A stretch of DNA of 64,000 nucleotides from an uncultured cyanobacterium (GTDB lineage Bacteria > Cyanobacteriota > Cyanobacteriia > Pseudanabaenales > Pseudanabaenaceae): assembly GCA_963703315.1 (NCBI GenBank), contig OY969811.1, forward strand, positions 2,688,001 to 2,752,000. Reading direction: 5' to 3'. Positions 1 through 11,012 of the stretch are shown here, in pieces; within the stretch, counting starts at the first letter, position 1; each line of letters starts with the position of its first letter. A model generated the notes under the pieces. The model ran no database searches. It was not told where the DNA came from and was given only the letters and a program-made list of their open reading frames with translations. A program made the translations under genes and the position numbers.

Positions 1-48
1 CGCTTCGCGGCGCTTTTAAAAATTGGGCTGCTAATAAAAAACAGCGCT

Positions 49-144
49 TAGCGCGTTTCCCAATCTAGTGAAGTACGGGTTTGTTTCCCCGCCGAAGGCG
101 GGGAAACAAACCCCTGCACCTCGCTTGCTTGAAAAGCGCTATAG
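49..144. repeat. MITE-like element with central hairpin (TTGTTTCCCCGCC-GAA-GGCGGGGAAACAA)
   Basis: Closely similar copy at 54719-54814 and a partial inverted copy at 40191-40281; ends TAGCG...CGCTATA. Confidence 0.7.
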
Positions 145-165
145 CGCTGTTTTTTATGCTGTTTG

Positions 166-2640
166 TTATTGCGACTCACCAATTAAAGTAAAAGCTGCCC
201 AGTTTAGAGGATCTGGGTACTTAGCTTTAGTGGCAAGCATCGCCTGACGTAGAGCTTGTGCCTTATCAGGATTTTCTTGAAACTTTTTGTAGAAGGTGGT
301 CATGAGCATTGCGGTGGGATCATCAGGGACTGACCATAAAGATACGACTACGCTCGGAACCCCTGCCGTAATGAGCGATCGCGATAAGCCGATTACCCCA
401 TCACCTGTTAATAAGCCCTGTCCAGTCTTGCAAGCACTGAGTACCACCATCTCCGCATTCAGCCGCATCGCAATAATTTCGCTAGCTGTCAAAAAGCCAT
501 CATCGGTTTGACCATCGGTTTTACTCGGTGCAAGGGCGATCGCCCCCGGAATGTCGCCTTTACGATATTCCTCTAACAAACCGTGAGTTGCTAAGTGGAT
601 AAATCTTGCAGATTTCATTTTTTCGACTACTTCCACTTTGGTAGCTTGATCACCCTTTAAAAAAGTGGTGTTTAGCAGAGTGGCGATATCCTTAGCTTCT
701 TTTTCTGCTCCTAGTAAAGATGATAATTGCCTCGGTGGATTGCCCAGACTCGGCATGGTGGGATTGCCAACGATCAGAATCTCTTGCAAATTAACTTTTT
801 GGACTTGCTGACGGATTTGGTGAGTCAGGTCGAGAACCTGAATCGCGGGAGCAATTTGCACTGTATATTTATCGATCAGAAATTTATCTTGAGAATCGAT
901 GAGTGCGGCAAATGGAACTAGAAAAAGTATTGATTGAGGCAAGAAAATTACTCTGGTATTAGCATCCTTCGGTAGCAATTCCTGAATCGGCTGGATCAGA
1001 ATATGATGGAGTTGCTTCAGTTCTTTATATTTAGCGACTACATCTTTAGGATTTGTCTCAATGGAGCCAGCATCATTAAATAATCCTCTTATATCGGCGA
1101 TCAGATCAATGATCGGCGTATCCACCAAATCAACGATGGGCGTATTTAGTTTAGTCAAATCAACTTCCCGAAAGGCGATCGCCCCTGATGGCTGGATTAC
1201 CCAAATATATAGTTTGATATATTCGCCTTTGAGCTTTCCCTGTCCAATAAAACTGGGATTGGCAATCAGAGAATATTCCACCATTACCGCCTTCTGTTGT
1301 TGAGCAATCCGACGAATATCGGCAATATTGACCGACGGTAAATCTGTAACTTTGCGATCGCTTTTTAATTCTGATTTGGATACTGAACTGGAGTTAAGGC
1401 GGAGAGAGAGCAGTTCTGCAAAGGCACGGGCGCGTCCACGCTCCGCAATTTCTAAGGCTACTTCAGGCTTGCCTTGAGCCACCATAATCTGCTGAAGGAG
1501 ATTAAACGCATGAAGTTGGGTATCAAAAATAGAAACCTTATCGTTATCACTTAAATTAGACCTCAAGGATTCTAATAGTTTCAGGCTAGCAAGAAATTTT
1601 TGTTCGGCTTCGGCATACTTTTGCGATCGCCACAATGTATATCCCCAATTGCTCAAAGTTTGTGCTTCCAGTTTGCGATCGCCAATTTGCTGAGCTAGTT
1701 GCCAACTTTTTTCTTGCAAAGCTAAAGCTTGATCATATTTTTCCAAAAATACAGAGGCTAATCCCAAACCACCGATTGCGGCTCCTTCAATTTGGGGATT
1801 TTTGATTTCCTTGGCAATTACTAAAGCGCGTTCATAATAGGCGATCGCTTCTTGGTAATTACCCTGAACGTGAGCGAAAGAACCAATATTATTGAGGGCA
1901 TTCCCTTCAGCGATGCGAAAGCCAATTTTCTGAGCAATCGTCAAGCTTTGTTTGTAATAGGCGATCGCTTCTTGATATTCTTCTCTAGCTCCAGCGATTC
2001 CTCCTAAATTATTAAGTAAGAGAACTACACCTTCTTCATTACCAACGGATTTAGCAATTTCAAGACTTTGAAGATAGAAAGCATTAGCTTTACCATAGTT
2101 ACCAAGATCATAGTGAATACTACCGAGACTAGCCAGAACCTGTCCTTCTCTTCGGCGATTACCTAAGTCATGCCAAATTGTGCGACTTTGATTCTGCGAT
2201 TCTAGAGCCTTGTCATAGTTACCAATAATGCGATAGGTATTGCCCAGATTACCTAATGCAGATGCTTCGGTTGGGCGATCGTTGAGACTTTGTGCTAAAG
2301 CTAATAATTGCTGCGAGTAGGCGAGCGCTTGTTTGTATTCACCCAGCATTTTCGATGCTTGTGCTAGCCCTTCCAAAGCAGCCATCTCACCCTTGCGATT
2401 TTGTTGCTGTTGATAGAGTTGAAGGGCTTGCTGCCAAATTTCGATCGCCAGATCAAACTTTTGTAAGGCAAATTGCTGTACACCGTTTTGAATCAGTTCA
2501 TCTGCTGATAATCGAGTTTCGGGAATGGGAATTGTCGGATTGTTACTTCCTCCTGATGCCAGAGCCGAAATTGGATTTATTAAGCCAATTTCTAATAAAA
2601 TGACGATTAAAGCGGCGATCGCAAGGTCTTTCGTTTTCAT
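166..2640 (-). CDS. TPR-repeat + CHAT (caspase-like HetF family) domain protein
   Basis: N-terminal signal-like segment, many TPR repeats, CHAT motifs IHLATHG, VVLSACKTG, SLWSV, WAAFTLIG. Confidence 0.92.
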   Translation of the reverse strand: MKTKDLAIAALIVILLEIGLINPISALASGGSNNPTIPIPETRLSADELIQNGVQQFALQKFDLAIEIWQQALQLYQQQQNRKGEMAALEGLAQASKMLGEYKQALAYSQQLLALAQSLNDRPTEASALGNLGNTYRIIGNYDKALESQNQSRTIWHDLGNRRREGQVLASLGSIHYDLGNYGKANAFYLQSLEIAKSVGNEEGVVLLLNNLGGIAGAREEYQEAIAYYKQSLTIAQKIGFRIAEGNALNNIGSFAHVQGNYQEAIAYYERALVIAKEIKNPQIEGAAIGGLGLASVFLEKYDQALALQEKSWQLAQQIGDRKLEAQTLSNWGYTLWRSQKYAEAEQKFLASLKLLESLRSNLSDNDKVSIFDTQLHAFNLLQQIMVAQGKPEVALEIAERGRARAFAELLSLRLNSSSVSKSELKSDRKVTDLPSVNIADIRRIAQQQKAVMVEYSLIANPSFIGQGKLKGEYIKLYIWVIQPSGAIAFREVDLTKLNTPIVDLVDTPIIDLIADIRGLFNDAGSIETNPKDVVAKYKELKQLHHILIQPIQELLPKDANTRVIFLPQSILFLVPFAALIDSQDKFLIDKYTVQIAPAIQVLDLTHQIRQQVQKVNLQEILIVGNPTMPSLGNPPRQLSSLLGAEKEAKDIATLLNTTFLKGDQATKVEVVEKMKSARFIHLATHGLLEEYRKGDIPGAIALAPSKTDGQTDDGFLTASEIIAMRLNAEMVVLSACKTGQGLLTGDGVIGLSRSLITAGVPSVVVSLWSVPDDPTAMLMTTFYKKFQENPDKAQALRQAMLATKAKYPDPLNWAAFTLIGESQ

Positions 2641-2649
2641 AGGAGTAGG

Positions 2650-5223
2650 TTACTCCTTACATAGTGGCAGATTAGAACGATTAGAATTTTGGGCTGTGCG
2701 TGTTGGCAACGTAGGCAAAGATGCCGTGATCGTCAAAAGTGGTTTCTTTGTCCTTGTCGGTTCGCAGTCTTTCACTTGACTAGCATTTGCCTGTAAGTCA
2801 GCCGTTCGAGCAGCTTGAATTGCTGAAGAATTATTCACTGTTGTATTATTCGCAATCTGAGTTGTTGATGGATTATTCGCAGTCAAGGTTCCAGTTCCGC
2901 CGTTATTACTACCTAGATTCAAATTAGAACTAAAGGACTGGTCAGAAACTAACACAAAAACATTGGGGGGAATCGAAGAGACACCTTGAGAAATAGCACC
3001 ATTTGTGCCACTTGTACCTGCGGCGATCGCCTGTGGATAAACTGAAAAGGTCGTGTCTTGGAGAATGGTGATAGAAATAATTGGGATGCCACTTCCTGCG
3101 ATCGTGCGCGGAGCCGCATCCCCCGGTAAAGTAAGCTGAACACTACGGACAGGTATTGACGTAAATGTTCCAGCAGGATCGGTTGTAAAGGCTGCATAGG
3201 CAATCAAACTAGTAGGATTCTGTTGACCGTTGTTCACAAAACCTGTTGCATCGCCAACATTAACAAAATTAGCATTGAAAGATAAAGGATTAATCGCAGT
3301 AAATCTTTGAGCGGTAATTGTAATCTTGCCATCATTACTCGCATTGTTAGCAGTGCCAGCTTGAATGAAACCATCAAGCAGAATGGAACCATTATTGGCT
3401 CTTAGCTCTACATTAGAACCTATAGCGGAAATTGATTTAATGGAACCAGTGGAAATATTACCATTGGTACTGACGATAGAGACATTGCTTGCTTCGATTG
3501 CAGGAGTGAAAAAATTATTTCCCTGTGAAGCGATCGCAATGTTACCCGTAGCAGTTAGGCTAACTAACGGGTCACCACCATTATTGCCAAGCCTACCAGC
3601 AATGTTCATGTTTCCCGCCGTAAAACTAATCGCACCATTATTTGTGATAACACTCACTCCAGAAGCAACAGTCAAGGTATTTCCCGCCGTAACTGTCAGC
3701 CCCACACCATTATTATTGAAGAAAACACTGTTATTGAAGGTGATATTGTTCGATGCTACAAGCGTCACATTGGCAAGTGCATTTGCAATTGTGGCAGGAT
3801 CGATCGTAAAAGTATTGGTAATATCGGCTCCATTAGATACATTTAGCAATGTTGCTCCACCTCCATTTGCCACAATAATGTCAAATGGATCGAGCAGCCA
3901 ATTGCCTGCGTTACCATTAACAGCCGAAGCATCAACGGAAGCATTTTGGACGTTGAGATGATTTTTGCCAGAGGTTTCGACAAAGCCTCCATTACCGCCA
4001 TTCATGCCACCACGCACGGAGATGTTGCCACTAAAACTAGTTTTGTCATTAGCCCAAGCAATCACCTTACCTCCATCTCCTGTTTGCAGGGCATCAGCTT
4101 GAATAGTAGAAGCATTGTCGATAAAAGTAATTTGGGCGTTGGGAACAATCCCTTTACCCAAATAATCACCACCAATCAATACAGTGCCACCACCGATCGC
4201 CCCTGAAGCATTGAGATTGCCTCCAACTAAGCCAACGCGATCGCCTAAAACATTAATCTCTCCACCTTTGCCAGTGGCGCTAGATACATTGATCGTTCCT
4301 GAAGCGATCGCTGTTCCTGCAACATTAGGAATGGAACTATTCGCCACTAGCACATTGCCTGAGTTATCCACATTTAAGCCTGTCATGCTCTTAAGGGTTG
4401 CGGAACCAGTCAGCAAAGTAGGCAAATCTGTAACCAAAATGGGCGATTGCGCTAATTCATTCTGAGAGGCAATGGGAAGTTCTAAACTCAGCAAACTTCC
4501 TTCAGGTGTAATTTTGACATACTTCCCATTCGGTACTGCGGCGATCGTCACTTTACCTGCGGGTGAAGAGATTGTGCCTGTATTGATGACAAGACCACCG
4601 ACGAGAGTAATACTTTGACCTGTTGTTGTTGTCAAATTACCTGCATTAGCGATCGCTGCTACTGGTTGTTCACTCGAAGTAGAACTAGCAAAGCCAAAAG
4701 CTTGAGGAGTGCCTGTTAAATTGTTGACATCATTAATCCCTGTATGTACACCAAACCAGCCATTACCGACCTGAATTCCATTGGCAGTCGTTGCCGTAAA
4801 AGCCGCAGGAACATTCAAACTCGCATTTGCACCAAAAATAATACCAGCAGGATTTAACAAATAGAGATTAGAATTACCACCTGTAACCTGAATTAATCCA
4901 TTAATTATCGATGGATTACCACCACTCACCCGCGCCAGAATATTCTGAATGCTGGGATTGGACATAAAGTTCGCAATCTGTCCTTGAGTCAAGCCGAACT
5001 GCTGAAAACTGTGAAATAGATTTGCACCTGCTTGTGTACCACCAGAAATATTGAATTGCTGGGGATTATCAGCAGAATTGCCAACGGTAGTACCAAGTTC
5101 GTTGCTGGCTGGAACAACCTGAGCCAGTGCTAGTCCCGCACGCAAAGACTGTGCGCAGAGCAGTCCGACAAGTGCTGAAACAAGGCTGAGAATGGCTTTG
5201 TTGGTAACAGTAACTCGACGCAT
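2650..5223 (-). CDS. Filamentous hemagglutinin-like TpsA protein (TPS N-terminal domain)
   Basis: NLFHSFQQFGL and LLNPAGIIFG secretion-domain motifs, GGFVETSGK and WLLDP; start set at ATG 5223 after a GGAG RBS. Confidence 0.88.
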   Translation of the reverse strand: MRRVTVTNKAILSLVSALVGLLCAQSLRAGLALAQVVPASNELGTTVGNSADNPQQFNISGGTQAGANLFHSFQQFGLTQGQIANFMSNPSIQNILARVSGGNPSIINGLIQVTGGNSNLYLLNPAGIIFGANASLNVPAAFTATTANGIQVGNGWFGVHTGINDVNNLTGTPQAFGFASSTSSEQPVAAIANAGNLTTTTGQSITLVGGLVINTGTISSPAGKVTIAAVPNGKYVKITPEGSLLSLELPIASQNELAQSPILVTDLPTLLTGSATLKSMTGLNVDNSGNVLVANSSIPNVAGTAIASGTINVSSATGKGGEINVLGDRVGLVGGNLNASGAIGGGTVLIGGDYLGKGIVPNAQITFIDNASTIQADALQTGDGGKVIAWANDKTSFSGNISVRGGMNGGNGGFVETSGKNHLNVQNASVDASAVNGNAGNWLLDPFDIIVANGGGATLLNVSNGADITNTFTIDPATIANALANVTLVASNNITFNNSVFFNNNGVGLTVTAGNTLTVASGVSVITNNGAISFTAGNMNIAGRLGNNGGDPLVSLTATGNIAIASQGNNFFTPAIEASNVSIVSTNGNISTGSIKSISAIGSNVELRANNGSILLDGFIQAGTANNASNDGKITITAQRFTAINPLSFNANFVNVGDATGFVNNGQQNPTSLIAYAAFTTDPAGTFTSIPVRSVQLTLPGDAAPRTIAGSGIPIISITILQDTTFSVYPQAIAAGTSGTNGAISQGVSSIPPNVFVLVSDQSFSSNLNLGSNNGGTGTLTANNPSTTQIANNTTVNNSSAIQAARTADLQANASQVKDCEPTRTKKPLLTITASLPTLPTRTAQNSNRSNLPLCKE

Positions 5224-5340
5224 ATTCTCTCCTGGGGGATATGTAAAAAAGAGGGTTCCCACAATGATGATCGCCATTGAGAATTCTGTTTTAGAATCGT
5301 TGACTCAACTTGTGAATATTTGATCGCTTTTTAAAAACTG

Positions 5341-8300
5341 CTACTCGCGATTTTTGACTTCTAGTTTGATTACAGGGGATTCGTTTTGGGGTAAGAGTAG
5401 GATCGCGCGATCGCACTCATAACCCCTTCTCAAATTTGGGTCATAACTACGACTGAAGCCAGATTCATAAATACATTCTACCTTTTGCCATTCCCTTTCT
5501 AAACGAGTCAGGGTGTCAGCAGTTAAAGTTAGAGATGTTGTGGTTGTAGTTGTAGGTGTAACTACTACTGGCGCGGCTGGGGGCGCACAACTACTATTCA
5601 AACAAATTAAACCCAGAGTACTATCATTTAATTCGTGGTTTAGCCCGCTTTCCACAACATTGTATTGAGCTAAAGTCAAATTCTGCCCCGCCACATTATT
5701 AAATTGAGCCGCCGAAGCATCAATGCGTTGATTGTCCAGCGCATTATTGCTTAGGGCAATAAATCTACTGGTTTGTCCTGAGAAAGACGTATTGTTGATG
5801 GTTAATCCTGTTAAAGCACTACCAGAATCTTGTATAGATATACCAATATTGCCCCCAGTAATCGTATTATTGCTACCAATTGTCGCCGTAGCACCATTTG
5901 CCATCACTGTACCGCCAATCACTTGCAATCCTACTGAATTATTACTCAGCGTAGAATTTTGGATGTTGAGGGTGAGTTGACGATTGGCTAAGGTGGAATT
6001 ATATTGCGTTTGAACGCCTGCTCTAGTAGAATTCTGCACGGTTACACCATTAACATTTAAAGTGCTTCGACCAGTTCCTGCATCGCCAAAGTTAGGGTCA
6101 AGATTATAGAGGGAAATCCCATACTGATTATTACTCAGCGTGCCGCCAGTAATTTGGGCTGTTCCAGATGTGGTAATTTTCCAAGCTTGAATTCCCGATC
6201 TCGAATTACTGATATTATTATTGTTAACATTAACTGAAGTAGTCCCAGTTACCGAACTAAGCATGATCCCCGTATTCGCATTAGGCGAAGTACCTGCGTT
6301 GGTCTTGATTGCATTTACAAACGTATCACCTGGAACTGACCAAGAAGTATAATCAGAAGCAGAAAGATTATTATTCGCAATCGTGTAGGTAGCGTTATTA
6401 GCAGTGACGGGGTTATGCCAAATACCAAAGAAATAGGATTCAATGGTGTTATTGCTAATATTCGTCCGCGTGCCAAGGGTAGTTGAACTCTGAGGTTGTA
6501 TTTGCACCCCAATTAAGGCACGAGTAATGTAGTTATTGGTAACATCGGCATAGGCGTTCCTTAATAGGTACACTCCGCGTCCGCCGTCAGGAGTATTGCC
6601 TGCTGACATATTATCAAAACGATTATTAGTAATTACATTGCCATCCATTGTCGTAGCAGCGGACGAAAACAGCAGCACCCCAGAACGATTGGTATTAGCA
6701 ATGATATTGTTTTTAACGGTCAAGTTTTGAATAGGGGTGTAGCTTGTCCCATCTGTTCCATTGGCTATCCCTCTAGCCGCATTTACATCTATTCCATTTA
6801 AACTACGTCCGCCAGCTAAAGCAGTATTATCCCCATCAAGTTTAAAACCGTCAATTGTGACATTATTTGCCCTGACCGTAATAATATTGCCATCGGTAAT
6901 ACTATTTGCGGCTGGCACAATGATTGCTTCTGCCCCGCGACTGGTGGCGCTAGAATTACCAGCAGAAACTCCCGCAAAGGGACCATTTAAAGTGACATTA
7001 CTGATAGTATTAGGAATTATTAAATTTTCTTGATAGGTTCCCGCTGCCACATTTACAGTAGTGCCGCCGTTAACTGTGCCAATAGTATCAATGGCATTTT
7101 GAATTGTATTCGCAGGCGGCGCAGCATTAGTATTCACAGAGTTTAGATTGAGAACTAGATTGCTACCTGCTCCCGTTAAACTAATAGTTGAGCCACCAGA
7201 ACGACTAATATAGCGTCCAGTCAGAGTTAGGGTGCGTCCAGCAGTAGCAGAACTAACGCTAGAATTTAAAAAGATATCGCCATTACCACCAGCCCCCCCA
7301 GAAGTCGTAATGGAGACATTGCCAGTTGTTAAATTTGTGAGGATTGTAGCGACTGTTAGAACTGCTGGACTAGCAGTGGTATTGAAATTTGGCGCACCAG
7401 CAATGTTAGAGTCAGCAGTAGTATTGATTGTCAGGTCGCTAGGATCGAGGAGCCAAGTACCATCTTGACCATTGGGAGCTAACGTATTGATTTGGCTACC
7501 ATTAACATCTAAGTTGATCTTTCCAGAAGTTTCTACAAAGCCGCCATCACCACTTTGGGTTCCCCCTCTAGCAAAAATATTGCCGTAGAAACGAGTAGTA
7601 TTATCTGCCCACAAAATTACTTTACCGCCATTGCCATTAGTTAAGGCCTCGGCTTGTATAACGGTATCTTGACTGCCAAAGGTAAACTCGGCATTGGGTA
7701 CGCTACCTTTGCCTTGATAGTCGCCCCCCACCAGCACCGTACCGCCCCCGATCGCCCCTGAAGCATTGAGGTTTGCCGAAATTAGACCAACGCGATCGCC
7801 TAAAACATTAATCTCACCGCCTTTACCAGTGGCGCTAGACACATTGATCGTTCCTGAAGCGATCGCTGTTCCTGCAACATTAGGAATGGAACTATTCGCC
7901 ACTAGTACATTTCCTGAGCTATCCACATTTAAGCCTGTCATATTTTGAAGGGATGCGGAACCAGTCAGCAAAGTAGGCAAATCTGTAACCAAAATCGGCG
8001 ACTGCGCTAATTCATTCTGGGAGGCTATGGGAAGTTCTAAACTTAAGAGACTTCCTTCAGGCGTAATTTTGACATACTTCCCATTTGGTACGGCGGCGAT
8101 TGTCACTTTGCCTGCGGGTGTAGCGATCGTGCCTGTATTGATGACAAGACCACCGACGAGAGTAATACTTTGACCTGTTGTTGTTGTCAAATTACCTGCA
8201 TTAGCGATCGCTGCTACTGGTTGCTCACTCGAAGTAGAACTAGCAAAGCCAAAAGCTTGAGGAGTACCTGTTAAATTGTTGACATCATTAATCCCTGTAT

Positions 8301-8784
8301 GCACACCAAACCAGCCATTACCCACCTGAATTCCATTGGCAGTCGTTGCCGTAAAAGCCGCAGGAACATTCAAACTCGCATTTGCACCAAAAATAATTCC
8401 CGCAGGGTTTAACAAATAGAGATTAGAATTACCTCCTGTAACCTGAATTAATCCATTGATTATCGATGGATTACCACCACTCACCCGCGCCAGAATATTC
8501 TGAATGTTGGGATTGGACATAAAATTGGCAATCTGTCCCTGAGTTAAGCCAAATTGCTGAAAACTATGAAATAGATTCGCACCTGCTTGCATCCCACCCG
8601 AAATATTGAATTGCTGAGCATTAGTCACGTCAGGGGCTACTTGAGTTCCCAAATTGCCCACGCCTTGAGTTGGCACAATGGACTGAGCCAATGCTGAACT
8701 TCCCATAACAAAGGGTTGTATCAGTAGTAGTGCGATCGCTGTTTGTCTAATTTGTGTGAAATGACTCTTGACAACTACAGACAT
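5341..8784 (-). CDS. Filamentous hemagglutinin-like TpsA protein with parallel beta-helix passenger
   Basis: Same TPS domain motifs; N/T/G-rich pectin-lyase-like repeats (AAGTYQENL, TIDGFKLDG). Confidence 0.88.
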   Translation of the reverse strand: MSVVVKSHFTQIRQTAIALLLIQPFVMGSSALAQSIVPTQGVGNLGTQVAPDVTNAQQFNISGGMQAGANLFHSFQQFGLTQGQIANFMSNPNIQNILARVSGGNPSIINGLIQVTGGNSNLYLLNPAGIIFGANASLNVPAAFTATTANGIQVGNGWFGVHTGINDVNNLTGTPQAFGFASSTSSEQPVAAIANAGNLTTTTGQSITLVGGLVINTGTIATPAGKVTIAAVPNGKYVKITPEGSLLSLELPIASQNELAQSPILVTDLPTLLTGSASLQNMTGLNVDSSGNVLVANSSIPNVAGTAIASGTINVSSATGKGGEINVLGDRVGLISANLNASGAIGGGTVLVGGDYQGKGSVPNAEFTFGSQDTVIQAEALTNGNGGKVILWADNTTRFYGNIFARGGTQSGDGGFVETSGKINLDVNGSQINTLAPNGQDGTWLLDPSDLTINTTADSNIAGAPNFNTTASPAVLTVATILTNLTTGNVSITTSGGAGGNGDIFLNSSVSSATAGRTLTLTGRYISRSGGSTISLTGAGSNLVLNLNSVNTNAAPPANTIQNAIDTIGTVNGGTTVNVAAGTYQENLIIPNTISNVTLNGPFAGVSAGNSSATSRGAEAIIVPAANSITDGNIITVRANNVTIDGFKLDGDNTALAGGRSLNGIDVNAARGIANGTDGTSYTPIQNLTVKNNIIANTNRSGVLLFSSAATTMDGNVITNNRFDNMSAGNTPDGGRGVYLLRNAYADVTNNYITRALIGVQIQPQSSTTLGTRTNISNNTIESYFFGIWHNPVTANNATYTIANNNLSASDYTSWSVPGDTFVNAIKTNAGTSPNANTGIMLSSVTGTTSVNVNNNNISNSRSGIQAWKITTSGTAQITGGTLSNNQYGISLYNLDPNFGDAGTGRSTLNVNGVTVQNSTRAGVQTQYNSTLANRQLTLNIQNSTLSNNSVGLQVIGGTVMANGATATIGSNNTITGGNIGISIQDSGSALTGLTINNTSFSGQTSRFIALSNNALDNQRIDASAAQFNNVAGQNLTLAQYNVVESGLNHELNDSTLGLICLNSSCAPPAAPVVVTPTTTTTTSLTLTADTLTRLEREWQKVECIYESGFSRSYDPNLRRGYECDRAILLLPQNESPVIKLEVKNRE

Positions 8785-9215
8785 TGAGTTTCTCCTGTAT
8801 TACAAGTTAGAGAAAATATTAACTGATTGTAATTTGTTTGTAATTATTTAAAACTAGAAAATATTTGAGCTAAGTTGTCTCAAGCTTAATCTTCACAAAT
8901 ATTCTGACATCAATAGACATACTTAGTTTTAGCATAGTATATACCAGTTAATTAAGTAGGCTTAATTAACTGTAAAACTCTAAGCCATGTAGCACACGCT
9001 GGGCATATACTACAGGGCTTAAATTTGTTTTTTGATTTTGCCGAGATAGTTATACTTTATGTAGTGTTATAGAACAATTTACTTAAGCCATTTGTCTGCT
9101 ATTCACTAGCTCAAGAAACGCTATGTTAAATATAAAATAAAAATTTATGCTCTAAATTTAAAATCTCAAGTTATTCTATATTGCACTGTCGCTAATCGAA
9201 GTTGATATTAGGATC

Positions 9216-10859
9216 ATGCACTTATTCAAGCTAATTAGTATTTACAGATCATCTTTCCTTGTTTTTGCCTATATTCTCGTTGGCTCAGCAAAAATAGCGA
9301 CAGCAGAAACTATTAATCCAAGTAATCCCCTAACTACGCCATCATCCGTAGTTTTATCGCCAATCGCTCAAGCGATCGCAATTAAAAAAGTTGAGATCAT
9401 TGGTAGCACTATACTAAGTAAATCCGAACTAGAAACTATCTCTAAAACCCTTGAAGGGAAACAGGTAACTACGGAGCAGATTCAAGCAGCAGCCCAAGCC
9501 ATCACGCAAATCTATGCCGATCGCGGCTACATCACTTCTCAAGCAGTAGTCGATCCTCAAAAAATCGTTGATGGCATAGTGACCATTCAAGTAATTGAAG
9601 GTCGGGTTGAAAAAATTGAAATTCAGGGCTTAAACATCACCAATCCTGATTATGTGCGATCGCGAATAGAGTTAGGTACTAGCACTCCTCTCAATGCCAA
9701 CAAACTCGAAGATCAGTTGCGATTATTACGCGCAGATCCCATCTTTAGCAATGTTGAAGCTAGTTTAAAGTCAGGCAATCAGCCCGATAGCAGTATTGTC
9801 GTCGTTAAAGTTGAAGAAGCAAAGCAGTTTGGAGGATTTGCAAGTATCGACAACTTTTCTCCTCCCGCAGTCGGTTCCGAGCGCTATGGTGGCGGACTAT
9901 TTTTTCGGAATCTGTCGGGTAATGGTGACACTCTCTCTGCTTCCTATTATGGAACGACTACAGGTGGATCAAATCAATACGATTTATCCTATAGTATTCC
10001 CCTTAATCCGATGAATGGAACTTTATCGCTGCGATATTCTCCAAGCAACTATCGAATTACGCAAGCTCCCTTTGATGTGCTGAATATTCGTGGCAATAGT
10101 AATTTGTTTGATTTGAATTTCCGACAGCCATTAGTTAGAACCAGTGTAGAAGAATTTGCTATCTCCCTCGGCTATAGCTATCAAAAAGGACAGACCTTTA
10201 CCTTTAATGATCTTGCCACTCCCTTTGGAATCGGACCAGAAACAGATGGCACAACTCGCACCAGTGTGATCAAATTTGGACAGGACTATACATTACGGGA
10301 TTCCTTTGGAGCTTGGTCTTTGCGATCGCAGTTTAATCTAGGTACAGGTTTATTTGGTTCCACGAACGTGACTACCCCTAGTGGCTCATTTCTAAGCTGG
10401 TTAGGACAAGTTCAGCGCGTTCAAGCATTAGGTACGGATTCACTCCTGATCGGCTCTTTCGATCTCCAATTATCGGCTGATCCTCTGTTAGCTTCACAGC
10501 AATTTACGATCGGTGGTGGGCAATCTTTGCGAGGCTTTCGTCAAAATGCGCGGACTGGTGATAATGGTATCCGCTTCTCTTTAGAAAATCGATTTGTAGT
10601 GCTTCGCAATGACCAAAATGCAGCGCTATTGCAAGTTATCCCTTTTCTAGATACTGGTACAATTTGGAACCATCCTAATAATCCTAACCCTTTACCCAAT
10701 CAGAACTTTTTAGCAGGTGGCGGAGTTGGACTTCTATTTACGCCCTTTAGTCAGCTAAATTTGCGTTTAGATTACGCCTTGCCCTTTGTTAACCTCAGCG
10801 ATCGCGGTTCTAATCTACAAGAATCTGCCGTTTATTTTAGTTTAGGCTATCAATTCTAG
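9216..10859 (+). CDS. ShlB/FhaC/HecB family TpsB outer-membrane transporter
   Basis: POTRA-like N-terminus (IYADRGYITS), IGGGQSLRGF motif, C-terminal Phe; divergent from the TpsA genes. Confidence 0.9.
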   Translation: MHLFKLISIYRSSFLVFAYILVGSAKIATAETINPSNPLTTPSSVVLSPIAQAIAIKKVEIIGSTILSKSELETISKTLEGKQVTTEQIQAAAQAITQIYADRGYITSQAVVDPQKIVDGIVTIQVIEGRVEKIEIQGLNITNPDYVRSRIELGTSTPLNANKLEDQLRLLRADPIFSNVEASLKSGNQPDSSIVVVKVEEAKQFGGFASIDNFSPPAVGSERYGGGLFFRNLSGNGDTLSASYYGTTTGGSNQYDLSYSIPLNPMNGTLSLRYSPSNYRITQAPFDVLNIRGNSNLFDLNFRQPLVRTSVEEFAISLGYSYQKGQTFTFNDLATPFGIGPETDGTTRTSVIKFGQDYTLRDSFGAWSLRSQFNLGTGLFGSTNVTTPSGSFLSWLGQVQRVQALGTDSLLIGSFDLQLSADPLLASQQFTIGGGQSLRGFRQNARTGDNGIRFSLENRFVVLRNDQNAALLQVIPFLDTGTIWNHPNNPNPLPNQNFLAGGGVGLLFTPFSQLNLRLDYALPFVNLSDRGSNLQESAVYFSLGYQF

Positions 10860-11012
10860 ACCAAGGAGATTGACTGTTAGGGATGCACAGTAAAATTCTT
10901 GGCACGGCGGCGTAGCCACGCTAAAAAAATTGCTTCTTTAGCAATATTGCTTTCCCATAGGGGATAGCTTCTTGGTAAACTGGCAAAATATCCGCCCACT
11001 ATTGCATGACCC

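Noticed and set aside
3365..7948. Long antisense ORFs inside the FHA genes
   Set aside because: Shadow frames caused by low-complexity codon usage
4190..8612. Diversity-generating retroelement template/variable repeat pair
   Set aside because: No reverse transcriptase; differences are mostly synonymous and do not look adenine-specific
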